From Octopus vulgaris (Eukaryota), in assembly GCA_951406725.2 (NCBI GenBank), contig OX597826.1, forward strand, positions 81,034,001-81,098,000: a DNA stretch of 64,000 nt. Reading direction: 5' to 3'. A model generated the notes under the pieces. The model did not search any database. It was not told the origin of the DNA and worked only from the letters and a program-made list of their open reading frames with translations. Positions 24,525-37,102 of this stretch are shown here, piece after piece; the first letter of the stretch is position 1, and each line of letters begins with the position of its first letter. The position numbers were made by a program, and so were the translations under genes.

Positions 24525-25322
24525 GTCTCTCTCTTTCTCTCACTGGTTTGAAATTAAAAGATATTTATCAGTTGTGATTTATGTTGCTAGTGGAAGTAGG
24601 TAGGTATTAGGGAGTCAAAGCTGATAGATACTTTGAAGTGATTAATTCAATGCAGAATTGAAATTCCATAAGATTTGTGGAAAGAGTGTGTGTGTGTGTG
24701 TGTGTGTGCCAACGCAACACAAAGGATAGTCAATAGGATAGGTTGTGAACTATCAATTAGTTCAGTTGTAGTAAGAAGGAGTGGAAATTGTAATCATCCA
24801 ACAGAGAATATATAAAGATAAAGCTGTTGACCTGAGAGTTGATGGGCAAGAAAAGGGGATGTCACATGTTCCCACTCCTTACCAGGTCCTTCTTTTCTCA
24901 AATTATTGCCAATGCAAAATGCTTGTCCTAAATCTAAAGTCCAATGTACACTTTTTTTTTGTTGTTTCAATTAATCCTGTGTAAATTTCAACCAAGATTT
25001 GTTTTGACATTGAAATGCATGCATTACTTTCCCTTGGTGTTAATAATATACAACATTATATTAATGTACTAATAGATTGTCCAGTGTTGTCAATGATGAC
25101 CATGGACATCATATGGCAGAAGACGATGGGTCACAGTGTGTCCGGCTGTGGCCAATTAGTCCAATGTGTGCTCAGAATTTTTTTCTGCAAGTCGGACTTT
25201 TATGGTCTGTTGGGACTGAAGGCAAGGGGTTGGCTTTGGACCTGCATAGTTCATGGTTTCTTTATGTCCCTGCAATCCTGTATTATTATTAATAATAATA
25301 ATAATAATAATATTAATAATGG

Positions 25323-25480
25323 TACACTCACGGAGCGGTTGGCGTTAGGAAGGGCATCCAGCTGTAGAAACACTGCCAGATCAGACTGGAGCCTGGTGCA
25401 GCCTCTGGCTTCCCAGACCCCGGTCGAACTGTCTAACCCATGCTAGCGCGGAAAACAGACGTTAAACTATGATGATGATG
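25323..25480 (+). mobile_element. SINE family C 3' part
   Basis: TACACTCACGGAGCGGTTGGCGTTAGGAAGGGCATCCAGCTGTAG...(ATG)n. Confidence 0.85.
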
Positions 25481-26023
25481 AATATTGTTAATAATAATAA
25501 TAGTTACAAGTAATTTATAACCCTGATCTCTCCAGTTGCCTTTCGTTGGATTTGAACTCATTACTGCAGGCTAATGAAACACTTCTTAATTCTACAGTGC
25601 ATGCTCTTATGACACCTACGTATAACAAGTTGGATTTGGACCAGCAAGAATTATATTTATTTTTGACTGTTAGAAATACAATGCAATGTTGGCGCCAACC
25701 ACATGAATATTTTAACCTTCCATTCAAAGAGGTTACCACTCTGATAACTTGACCAGCTGCCATTCTCAAAGTATCCAAGACGGTCGACCACCTGACTAGG
25801 AATGTCATTCTAGGCTTGCTTTCAGTTTATTATTCTCGTTTCTAATTAGGAAGACATCACCTTAGCTTTTCAGTCTTTCTTGAATCAGTAAGACACCTGT
25901 CTGTTTTATTTAATGGTATATAACGTGCGTATATAATCATATGTTTATATCTATTTATGTCTGTCTGTGTGTGTGTTATAAATATATTTAATGGCACACC
26001 TGTTATTATAGACACATACATCA

Positions 26024-26070
<47 letters not shown>

Positions 26071-26167
26071 CACACATATATATCGTATTTATATTATTAT
26101 ATGATTGAATGCCACGCATCCATTTCCAAGTAAGTTTATCTTAATAATTTTGATGCAATTCTGTCCT

Positions 26168-26205
<38 letters not shown>

Positions 26206-26653
26206 TTTCTTTAATTCTTTTCTTTCGGTTTGTCTCACAGACCAGGCGTATTCTTGTCTGTCTCATCTCCTACATTCTCTCCTGGCAAAGATTCCTCCTC
26301 CGGTGTCCACCACCTTACCTCATATGGCCTAGCAGCCCTCACCGTTTGTTTCCAGAGTCCTGTTTTTGTTACCAATTTTGACCCTCTGCAAATCCCAAAT
26401 TTTATTTTGCTTCATGGGAGCAACTGCTTTTTCGAAGGCACATTTTGTCGTGAATTGCTCTAAATAAACAGGGTAGATAAACAGCCGACAACCGATGAAG
26501 GGTCGTTCTTTATGTTACTTGTTTTGTTTTCCATTTGTTTCTTTTGTTGTTCACAAACAAAAGTTTGTCTTTGTATTTCGTATTTCATGTTGTTTACATT
26601 TTATGACGTCCTGTACCCATATATGCATGTATATATACATATATATGTAAGTA

Positions 26654-26699
<46 letters not shown>

Positions 26700-26700
<1 letters not shown>

Positions 26701-27055
26701 TTTATTTTAAGCAGCAGAAAATTCAACAAAATCTGTTACTCTGAGTTTCTCGTTGCCGTTCATCAGACAGTTTTTGCTAGAATGGAACTGATATATCAAT
26801 TCAATCTATACTCTTACAAACGCTACACCTTTAAAAAGAAATGGACTTGTTTGATTGGCCCTTTAGAAAAAACGGTCAATCTTCGAGCGATAAACAAAAA
26901 GGTCAAAAATATATGTATATATATATAAAAAACTTATAAAAATTATAAAATCCGAGGAAAAAACCTATTGACGTTAATGAAGACAGTGCAAATTAATGCA
27001 TAGAAATTAAACCTGTTATAAATACTGCAATACATATTTATATTAAAATCTACAT
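26700..27055 (-). mobile_element. Penelope-like terminal-repeat fragment embedded in (TA)n
   Basis: Carries a hammerhead motif followed ~30 nt later by AATAAA and then (TA)n on the minus strand; bounded by TA microsatellites on both sides. Confidence 0.55.
26728..26774 (-). ncRNA. Type I hammerhead ribozyme motif
   Basis: AAAACUGU-CUGAUGA-A-CG[GCAA]CG-A-GAAA-C-UCAGA-GUA^ACAGAUUUU: complete core, stem I CUGU/ACAG, GNRA-capped stem II, quasi-palindromic ACUCAGAGU stem III, GUA cleavage site between 26737 and 26736. Confidence 0.75.
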
Positions 27056-27299
27056 ATATATATCAACATACACAAAAGGATGCGCGTAAACGCCATACAT
27101 ACATATACAGACATATGAATATAAATCTAAATATACACATAAAAGCATGTGTACATATATTCACACAAACCGTATATATATATATATGCATATATATATA
27201 TATATATGCATATATATATATATAGACATATATAGATATATGCATATCTAGATATATACATATATATGAGTATATACATATATATATATATTTATATAT

Positions 27300-27603
27300 G
27301 TGGAGGCGCAATGGCCCAGTGGTTAGGGTAGCGGACTTGCGGTCGTAGGATCGCGGTTTTGATTCCCAGACTGGGCGTTGTGAGTGTTTATTGAGTGAAA
27401 ACACCTAAAAGCTCCATGAGGCTCCGGCAGGGGGGCGGGGCAATCCCTGCTGTACTCTTTCGCCACAACTTTCTCACACTCTTTCTTCTGTTGGCCTGTT
27501 TGCTTAGCCAGCGGGGTGGCGTTGTTCGAAGGCTAAAACAATGAGAAGCGCATTGTGACCAGCGATGTGTAGCAACATCTGATGGTCTGGTCGGTCACGT
27601 GAT
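27300..27603 (+). mobile_element. tRNA-derived SINE family D inserted in (TA)n
   Basis: GTGGAGGCGCAATGGCCCAGTGGTTAGGG...GGTTTTGATTCCC head homologous to 4478-4770, with a different 3' end (GGTCGGTCACGTGA); CpG-rich. Confidence 0.85.
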
Positions 27604-28091
27604 ATATATATATATATATATGGGTGTTTGTGTGTTTTTGTGTTTGTGTATAGATAGATATGGTGCCTAAAAGGAGGTCAGTAAGAAGCTTGAAACTGGA
27701 ACCCGCGAAAGAGGGAGATTAAAGGTTTGTAGAGATGAAGTAGGGGGTGTGCATCTCAAGGTGGGAATAACAAAGGACTATAGTGGCTATTGATATGTGG
27801 TGCTATAGAAAAAGCTATCCACCCGTAACAACATGTATCTGAAAACAAAAACAGTGATTAAGAAGCCGTGAGATGTATATCTTAATTGCTGCTTAGCTCT
27901 TCTAATCCATATTTTACTATGGCTGGGCAAAATACTTAGACTGGTTTCCTGTAAGGGAAACCCAATCTCTTAGTCAGTTCAGAGTTGTCTCTCTTTTTCC
28001 AATATCTGGTGCTGATGAGAAGATAACCACTTCAAAAATGCCTGCTTCCATCAATTGAATAGAAGCTGTTTCAAACTGACTGTGATGTTAT

Positions 28092-28208
28092 AGGAAAGTA
28101 GGTAAAAAGTTTCTGGCAATGCGCAAAGTTTAATAAAACCTTTATATTTGAAATATGAAGGTTTTATTAAACTTTCCACACTGTCAGAAGCTTTCTATTT
28201 ACTTTCCT
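28092..28208. repeat. 117-bp palindrome (58-bp arms, centre 28150)
   Basis: AAAGTTTAATAAAACCTTTATATTT-G-AAATATGAAGGTTTTATTAAACTTT, extending with mismatches to AGGAAAGTA / TACTTTCCT. Confidence 0.9.
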
Positions 28209-28649
28209 TTTACCTTCTTTGACCAGAGTGTGTTTACGCCTTTTCGTTTACAGCCAGAGTATTTCTCCATAAGAAACTGCAGTGATTTGCCTTCTTATAG
28301 GTCCAACCCACTGCTTCTCCCAAACCCTATTTCTCACTCTCCTCTTTCCATTGCTTCTCCATTTATGATGTTTACCTGCATTCACACTCTACTCTTTCCC
28401 TTCCTGTATGGTACCTAGAGGGTACTTTTTTAGTACTCTCCAACTTCTTTTTCCTTCATTGTTTTCTGCATTCTTCACTCTGTGCCTCATTTCCTCTCAT
28501 TGCCCTCTTCCCAAAGGTAAATGCAGGAGCCACAATTCTGGTACAGATCGGGCATTTGTTTTTCTCAGTCGAAAGATATATCTGGTATGTTTCCAACTTA
28601 TGGAGATGTTGCCTATACTTTGCCCTGGTTTCAGGTTCAGTTAGGGGAG

Positions 28650-29790
28650 GGGGCTACAGTTAGGGGATTGGCCACAGCCACCTTGCACACCAAACATTAA
28701 GTTGTTTGTTTCAAATCATGATTTTTATAAATCCGTCTTCTTAGCCGACCAAAAATTGTGCTGGAAGATTTTGTCTAGTCTTGGTGTTCTTCTTCACTTT
28801 CGACATTCCGTGGTAGGGAGCCATCCACACATTGGAAGTGTTCTATGTTTTCCACCCTCAATCTGTGTACATTAATGGCTGGACCAGCTTCCTATGTGTT
28901 GATGCAAGGCCTTGTTTATTTTATGTTAGGCATCAGTGAAGACATTGTTAATGATCCGTAATTCTTCTGAAGTTGCATTGATTATGGTATAATCCCCATG
29001 CTGGAGTTCCGTTACCAATGTTGCTGTGGTCTTCTAGCAGAGAATCTGCCAGCATTCAATAGTTTGCTATTTATGCATTATGGTGAGGTCAGAGAAAGCC
29101 ATTGGCAAGGGTATGTCTTGCTCATCCTTCTCACAGTATATTCTACTGAGTGAGACAGACCAGTACCAGTGACCTTTGACCTCACCAAAGCATCAGTAAG
29201 AGTCTGTGGAAGCTCATGAACCAGATTGAAACTTGGGTTGGTCAGTCAGTTACTGTTAGTGAGATGCATCAGTTGAATAAGATTCAAAACAGTATTTTTT
29301 TTTATATTTGAGAAAAGCAAGATGCTTCCCCTGTAGTTTCTACAATTTAATTTGTGTCTTTCTTGAAAATGGTAATAATAGTTGTACATGCGAGGTTGGC
29401 CAGAAACGAGAGCTGTGCACGGAGCTGAGAGAGTGTATGAAACAGTTATTACTGCTATATTTTTGGATTTATGTATTTCTTTCTCAAAATTCTGTCATAT
29501 CCACACATTTTGTTGCTTTTCCAGGAATGGATTGTCTTGTTTGGTGACTGCTGTGCCAGGCTGTATAGCTGAAGCCATTATATGTTGTTGTCCAGATATA
29601 TTTCTTTAATTGCACTGGAGATGTTCTTTCTATCAGTTTTTGATATCTGCTTGTCCTTTTAAAAGTCTCGTAATGTCTTTGGTTCTGAGGGTGTTGGGCA
29701 TCTGCTCTAATTATAGATTCTTTGAGTCACTCCGAAGAAATCTTTTATGTTATGTGTGTCAGCTAATTTCACTATTTCAAATGCTATGGC
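28650..29790 (-). pseudogene. Heavily decayed RTE-clade LINE ORF (reverse transcriptase region)
   Basis: Manual minus-strand translation across frameshifts gives, in the expected order, HNIKDFFGVTQRIY, RLLKGQADIKN**KEH, TTIITIFKK, NCRNYRG, EQDIPLPMAFSDLT, PAINVHRLRVENIEHFQC...SSSTIFGRLRRRIYKNHDLKQTT. Confidence 0.8.
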
Positions 29791-30484
29791 CTGACATTAA
29801 TGTATGTATATATGTGCATGTGTGTAACTATATATATGTGTGTGTGTGAATATGAATGTGTTTCTGTGTATGTATGGATGTGCATACGGACACACATACA
29901 AACTCGTCCACCAGCAGAGAGGAAAACCGTGTTTCTTCCATGCTTTTATTTAGCAGAGACATGTTGCAAGCCTGCTGCCAATATGTTGGCATATCATTCA
30001 TCTAATTCCAGTTTTATTTCTCTGCTTGTAGATTCTGTGGATATTCAGTACAGTAGTTCCAACATCACTCACACACACACACACACACACACATGCACTC
30101 ACACACACGTGTTAGAATTAACTTATATTCACATAACTGCTGAGCAAGCATTCATTTTAAATCCAATTATGAGACACAGTAAAATGGAATATACTGAATC
30201 CGTATTCACCAGATACCGTTTTATCTTCTAGTTCATTGCCTTGCTGCCCTGGGTTCAATATCTACCTTGTCTATAGTTTCTTTCCCTTTTCGTCTCTTCT
30301 GGTGTAATATTTATTGTGTTGTCTATTGCTCAAGGGATGAGGTGGGTGGAGTTGATAGAATTAACCCCCAGTAGACCACGGGTACTTATACAAAACAACA
30401 AAGAAACCTTTATGTGGATCATACAACCCAGAAGAATCACTACACAGTTGTGATATTTATTTATTTATTTATTTATTTCATATC

Positions 30485-30982
30485 ACAAATAATGTGGGAC
30501 AAAATCCCATCTTAACTATTGAGGAACTAGCAGTGAAGCTTGAATTTGGTCATTCAACCATTCATTCAAGTTAGTGTAAGAAGGAAAATGACCATCTTTA
30601 GTTTCAAGACAAAAGGTGTTCTTCCATCAGGATAATGTTCGGCCACATACAGCGAGGATGACATTCCAAAGGCTGGAGCTGTTTGAATGAAAAACGATGC
30701 TCCACCCACCATATTCGCCAGATTATTATTTATTCCGCAGTCTTCAAAATCATTTGGACGCAAAAATATGAATTCTGTAGACGAGGTCAGAACAACACTG
30801 GAGGAGTATTTTTCGTCATGGACAAGTGAATTTTGGAAGAGGGGCCTTGCAAGTCTACCAGATCGATGGAAGAGCATTGTAGAAAATGAAGGAGAGTATA
30901 TTTTAGATTAAAATAGAACTTTATCTTAATTTTGAAAAATATTTTGAAGTATAAAAAACTGCATTATTTATGGGATGACCCA
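30485..30982 (+). mobile_element. Mariner remnant (family 2), left end missing
   Basis: QNPILTIEELAVKLEFGHSTIH (HTH), FFHQDNVRPHT, HPPYSPD, FWKRGLASLPDRWKSIVENEGEYILD*; closely similar to 52460-52880. Confidence 0.9.
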
Positions 30983-31353
30983 GAAGTATAAAAAACTGCA
31001 TTATTTATGGGATGACCCAGAAGTATAAAAAACTGCATTATTTATGGGATGACCCAGAAGTATAAAAAACTGCATTATTTATGGGATGACCCAGAAGTAT
31101 AAAAAACTGCATTATTTATGGGATGACCCAGAAGTATAAAAAACTGCATTATTTATGGGATGACCCAGAAGTATAAAAAACTGCATTATTTATGGGATGA
31201 CCCAGAAGTATAAAAAACTGCATTATTTATGGGATGACCCAGAAGTATAAAAAACTGCATTATTTATGGGATGACCCAGAAGTATAAAAAACTGCATTAT
31301 TTATGGGATGACCCAGAAGTATAAAAAACTGCATTATTTATGGGATGAACCCA
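30946..31353 (+). repeat. Tandem array: 11 x 37-bp unit GAAGTATAAAAAACTGCATTATTTATGGGATGACCCA (mariner right TIR)
   Basis: Units start at 30946 and every 37 bp to 31316. Ten are identical and the last has one extra A; there are no spacers. The unit matches the end of the sister mariner (52840-52878). Confidence 0.97.
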
Positions 31354-32833
31354 AAACATCGAGAAATACAATGTTTAATGTTTTGTTTTTTTCTTTTATA
31401 AAACAGTAACGTTTGATTGGAGGGATATTTGTGTACTGATTCTTGCAGGTTGTGTGATCACGTAAAGGTTTCCTTGGTGTTTTGTATAAATACTCCTGGT
31501 CTGTTGGGGGTTAATTCTATCAACTCCACCCACCTCCTTCCTCGAACAATAGACAACACAATGTCTCAATGATAATCAATATTCTTTTCCATTTGAAGTG
31601 TTCTTGTTCATCTCAAGCATCTCTGTTCACTGTTGCTTTCTTTTGGTTCGTTATATTTCTCTGTTTAATTCTTAGAAGACTGACTTTTCCATTCACGTAG
31701 CTAATCAGGAAATGGATGGAAAAAATTAAAAGGTCAGCAATCAGTTTAGACAATTATTTTCTTTTATTATAATTTTTTTTTTTTTTATCAAAATAGCAGA
31801 AATATTTTTAAATAGCTTTCTTGAAATAGCAAAATGTTGAACAGTGTTAAGATATTTTAGCATATTCCATGTTTATATATTTAAACACATACACACATCC
31901 TTGTGTATGTGTATAGACAAATGACACTACCAGAGAAGGAGGTCATGTACTTTAAAATACCTGATAGAGAAGCATTATGTACTCTAAAACATTTAATTGT
32001 GAAGGACCATGTGCTACTCTTGAGATTCATTAAAAGGTTCATGTACCAAAGAGAAATGTACTTGGAAATCTCATAGACTCGGGTCAATTGTTTTTATCTT
32101 TCCATCAGTATGGAAGGGTGAAGTACTTATAACCCCTTAAGGGCTTCTGAGACCAGTGCAAGGGAGGGAGTAGGGGAGGAAAGTTTCCTCATACAGAAGA
32201 CCTGTCATGAATGCCTGCGATAGAGTGGGCTCTGTTAAAGTTATTTAAGTGCCAGGTGGTGGAATTAAATTGGGCAGCAGATTGGTTAAACCTGCCTCCC
32301 AAGTAGGTTCCTGTGAAATTTGAACTTGGAACTCGAGGAGCTGGAACAAATACTGCTTGTCATTTCCACTGACACTCCACCAGTGTTCTTGACCACCCTT
32401 CATTGATACCCTATTTAATGACCCTGGAAAAATAAAAGGCAAATTTGGTCTCAGCAAGATCTGAACTCAGGTCACAAGGTGCCAGAACAAATACGGCAAG
32501 GCATTTTATCCGATATTCTGATGACTCTACCACCTGACCACCTTAAATGTACTGTGGGTGACGTCTCACAGAGTAGGGTAGTGTACTGTTCATCGGAGGT
32601 CTCCAGCCACAAGGTTGCGGAGCACTATCTGATTGTGGATCATTTGGTATCAGAATAACTTTTTTAAGTTCTATTTTTACTTTATTGATTCTCACAATCT
32701 GCCAGGTATTTTTTGCATTATAACCTGTAATAATTGAATTACATATTATGCCCTTCATTGTGTTTTGTTAGGCACACAATCCCCCAGTCTATGGAAAAAC
32801 TGTCTCACATGAAACCAGTCTGTGGTGCATAAT

Positions 32834-33225
32834 ATCTAATAGAGTAGGGTCTTTTACTATACATGACATCTAACAGAATAGGGTTTTCTGCCTTCCTACT
32901 AGTATGACTAGGTATTATGTATGACATGTAATAGAGTATGGTTATGTACTATTGATGACATCTGATTGAATAGGGTCACATACTATAGATAACAGCCAAT
33001 AGAATAGGATCATATACTACTCATGACATCTAAGAGCAGGGTCGTGTTCTGTAGATGACATGTGATAGAGTAGGGTCAGGTACTATTGATGACATCTGAT
33101 TGAATAGGGTCACACACTATAGATAACAGCCAATAGAATAGGATCATATACTACTCATGACATCTAAGAGTAGGGTCGTGTTCTGTAGATGACATGTGAT
33201 AGAGTAGGGTCAGGTACTGTATGTG
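32834..33225. repeat. 34-bp minisatellite with a 134-bp higher-order duplication
   Basis: Consensus ~ATGACATCTAATAGAGTAGGGTCATGTACTATAG; the four-monomer block 32947-33080 is repeated at 33081-33214 with 2 mismatches. Confidence 0.9.
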
Positions 33226-34659
33226 GTATGTATTAAAAACCCATTTTGATATATTGAATTAGAAACTAATGTTGTTGCTTGGAATCTGTTTCCTCGATCT
33301 TGGTTTGCAGTCATAGAGAAATTCAATAAATCTTTGTGAAAAATACATTTGTTGGTTAAGAAGTTCATTCTGCAAACCATATTGTCCCTGGTTCAATAAC
33401 ACTGTATGGTACATCGAGCAAGTATTTTTGTTTTTTTAACCTTAGGTTTGGGTTGACTAATGCTTTGTGATAAAAATTTGAATGCAGAAACTGTGCTGAA
33501 TCCTCAGTGTGTATGTGCTTTTGCATTTGCTTCCAGTTGCATTTCTTTGTATCAAAAAAGTAAATTAACCATTCTATAAATAGATCAATATAATATCAGA
33601 TTTAGAAAAGTATGGGGTCGATATGATTGATTAAAATCTCTAGAAGGCAGGCCCCTAATGTGGTTGCATCTAACTGACTGAAACCAATGAAAGAATATAC
33701 CTAAAATCTGATATTTTGTATTTTAAAATATACACTCACTGACAGCCAATTGTATATCAATAAGTTTACAATATATAAACATAAATTTTAGAGCTGGATT
33801 ATGAGAGCAAGCTGCATGGAGATAAGGTCTACATTTTCTCGATTCTTTTCAATCTGTGAGTTGGTATTGAACTCCAGCTATCCATAACCAGCCATTGTAT
33901 AGATCATGGTATTCTAGGTTGTCTGCTAGTGAGATATTTATTTCCACTCTCTATACTATTCCTTCTGTGAAACGGAAAAAAGATCAATAAGTTCGGCTTT
34001 GGTTGATGTAAACTTTCAACTTTGTGTCTAATTGATTGCTTTGATTTTCTTCCTCCGATTTTTTGGAGAAGATGTCAGCGAGGAGCGGTGGGGTGGGAGG
34101 ATGTTGAGGTGGAGGAGCATATCGATTCTATTTCATTTGAATAAATGTCTGATTTGAATGCTTCATTGAAATTTGCTTACACCTGAAATACTGGAAATGC
34201 ACAACTTTTCAATAAAGTCAACCACTGATGACTACACAAACCATTATGTCATTTGAAATGTCAAAGTGTTTTGTTGAAGAATAAATATGCCATGTATGGT
34301 AATATGTCTACATTTAAAGAGACAAACCCCCTGCCCCTTCTGCCACTCATGGTGGTGCTACGGGTGACAGAACAGTGGTGCTGTTGTTACAAGCTGTCTA
34401 TGTTGATTGCATGTGGACCAGAATTAGGTTTCAACTAGAATGCTGCTCATTCACATTGCATGGAACAAACATGTGGACATGTGGACCTTAAGTTGTACCT
34501 GGGTAACCTGTGTAGTGGAGCAGTAATGCTGAATATAACTTGACACAGCGTGGCAAGAATTCTGTGTAGTTTTGTTGCAAATAATCTCTTTAGTGTCAGT
34601 GGCATGGTTGGATGCATTGAGTTCATGCTGTGAAGTGGATGTTGTATCCATTTGTTAGA

Positions 34660-34922
34660 CTGGCTTCTGTGCCGGTGGCTTGTAAAAAGCATCAACCGAT
34701 CATGGTCGTTGCCAGCCAGCCCCCTCTGGTCCCTGTGCCGGTGGCCGGTAAAACCACCCATTACACTCTCGGAGTGGTTGGCATTAGGAAGGGCATCCAG
34801 CTGTAGAAACACTGCCAGATCAGATTGGAGCCTGGTGCAGCCATCTGGTTCGCCAGACCCCAGTTGAACCATTCAACCCAAGCCAGCATGGAAAACGGAC
34901 ATTAAACGACAACAATGATGAT
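34660..34922 (+). mobile_element. SINE family C
   Basis: Duplicated CTGTGCCGGTGGC..GTAAAA motif, GGAAGGGCATCCAGCTGTAGAAAC, tail AGCATGGAAAACGGACATTAAACG; similar to 58244-58493. Confidence 0.85.
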
Positions 34923-34947
34923 ACCAAAAATAAAGGAACATATTATA

Positions 34948-35370
34948 CAGGTACGTACATGGCTGTGTGATAAGAAACTTGTTTCCCAACCACATGGTTC
35001 TGGGTTCAGTCCCTCTGCCTGTTACCTTGGGCAAGTGTCTTCTACTATAGCCTCAGGCCGACCAAAGCTTTGTGAGTGAATTTAGTAGACGGAAACTGGA
35101 AGAAGCCTGACATATATATGTGTATACACACACACACACATATATCTATGTGTGTCTTTGTGCCTGTGTTTGTCCTCCTCCCCCCTCCCCCTTGACAATT
35201 AGTGCTGGCGTGTTTACGATCCTGTAACTTAGCAGTTGAGCAAAAGAAACTGACAGAATAAGTACCAGCCTTTATCAAAACTAAGTCTTGGGGTCGATTC
35301 ATTCAACTAAGAATTCTTCAAGGCAGTGCCCCAGCATGGCCACAGTCTAATGACTGAAACAAGTAAAAGA
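34948..35370 (+). mobile_element. SINE family A, full length
   Basis: A/B-box head, internal (CA/TA)n, tail ATGACTGAAACAAGTAAAAG. Confidence 0.9.
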
Positions 35371-35814
35371 CACAGAACCATGTAGGGGCTGGTGGTTTGT
35401 CTTTGTTGCTGCATGTGTGTCAGATGATGAAGGACATTGGAAAACCTCTCCAACCATGCCAGCATAGAGATAAAAAAACAAACAGCAAAAAATGGGCAGG
35501 AAATGTTGAGAGCACACAATGACTACATTGTAAACCCTAAAAGAGTTGATTCTACTGACTTGTTGGCCCTGCCCCCATCTGTCACCTGATCTGTGCCAAT
35601 CAGGAAGCTTCTATTGTGGTCAGTCAGCTCAGATCGCTAGAAATAGCAGCCAAATTCCTTTCAAACTACATTGCCATATTGGATGATGTTGTCTGGTATA
35701 AACTATTCTTGAATAAAATTAGAAGTTTCATGGCTTTGATAAGGGTGCTTTTGCTCAAGGGCCTGTGCAATCAGGGTTGACCTTCATTTAAACAACAGCA
35801 ACAACAACAATCCT

Positions 35815-36093
35815 TAGCCTTTTTCTTTCTTTCTTTTCTTCTTTCTTTCCTTCGTTCTTTCCTTCCTTCTTACCTTCAGTCTTTCTTTTCAGTCTTTCTT
35901 TTCTTTTTTCTCTTTTTTCTTTCCTTCCTTCCTTCTTTCCTCCTTTCTTTCTTTTTTCCTTTCCTTTCTTTTTTATTCCTTTCTTCTTTCTTTCCTGTCT
36001 TCCTCTTTCTTTCTTTCTTTCTTTCCTTCCTTCCTTCCTTCTTTTTTCTTTCTTTCCTTCCTTCCTTTCCTTCTCTCTCTCTCCCTCTCTCCC
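35815..36093. repeat. Polypyrimidine (CTTT/CCTT)n tract
   Basis: Directly visible; source of the K/E/R-rich ORF. Confidence 0.95.
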
Positions 36094-37069
36094 TAAAGCT
36101 ACTGCCTTTAACACTCCCTAATTCCTCTTCATATCATTTCTGTTAAGGTTTCACCTCCTCCTTCATAATTAATCAGTTTTCTACCTGACCTTCCTTTTTC
36201 CCAGATAATATACCTTTCTCTTTTATCTCTCTTATTATGAGACTGTTTGACCTGCTAGAAATAACATCCAAATCTTTTACAAACCACACACATACTACTA
36301 CTACCTTGAATAAGGAAGGGACACAATAGATAATGCAGGCCTAGTTATCCCTAAAATGATCCGTGTATCATGATTGGGTCAACCAGGAGTTAAAGGTTAT
36401 CATTGAAGCCAATCCTTTTTTTTATTTTTGTCAGTCAGTGTATCTAGGATTACATTGTCGCATATACCTGTGTATGTTCCCTCTTTTTAGATCCCAGGGT
36501 ATGATTTAAAGGCGATTTTGCTGCTATTTTTAGCAGATTGAGTGACAGTACAGAGGCTTCTGAATTGGCTCAGACATGTTGCTGTTGTTGTTGTTGTTTA
36601 ACTCAAGTTCAACCCTGTTCCAACACATCAAAGATCAGATATTATGTGTTTAGGTCTACATTTTCTAATATGCCTTATTAAGATAGTAAGGTGTGATTTG
36701 AAGGAGGTTTGGCTATTATTTCTAGCAGGATGAGCAACCATATAGAATCTCTTTCATTGGCCTCTGGACCAAATTCATTTGTTTCCTTTTCCACAGAATT
36801 ATGTCTGAAATTGGGTTAATTATCACTTTCACCATCTTGGTTTCATTTTCTGCAGCAGTAAAGATGCCAAAATTAAGATTTTAACATTTCCTCATAATAT
36901 TGGCCAATATATTTATTTATGATCAATGTTTTATGCGTGATCGGCTCTCACTTATTCCAATGTCTGCTGTCAGTGTTGCCTGTTTAAAATATGAAATTCC
37001 CCTCTGATTTGTTGCTATTCCTATGACCTCTACGTTTGTAAGTGAAATGTATGTTTGTCTGTTTGTGTG

Positions 37070-37102
<33 letters not shown>

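Larger units (their letters stand above)
30313..31562. repeat. Inverted repeat pair of ~133 bp (30313-30446 / 31430-31562)
   Basis: Shared core GAGGTGGGTGGAGTTGATAGAATTAACCCCCA / TGGGGGTTAATTCTATCAACTCCACCCACCTC; roughly 85% identity by eye. Confidence 0.85.

Noticed and set aside
25515-25808. Overlapping 68-aa and 97-aa ORFs in unique sequence
   Set aside because: No recognisable motif or convincing splice-site pair; length is compatible with chance.
26485-26520. Hammerhead-like CCGATGAAGGG; also CTGATGA at ~1025, 2034, 55490 and 55981
   Set aside because: No correctly placed GAAA, GUH and stem I.
27300-27380. tRNA genes (also 4690-4770 and family A/B heads)
   Set aside because: A/B boxes are present but there is no complete cloverleaf, and each continues into a SINE body.
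30946-31353. CRISPR-like array (37-bp repeats)
   Set aside because: No spacers, no cas genes, eukaryotic context; the unit is a mariner TIR.
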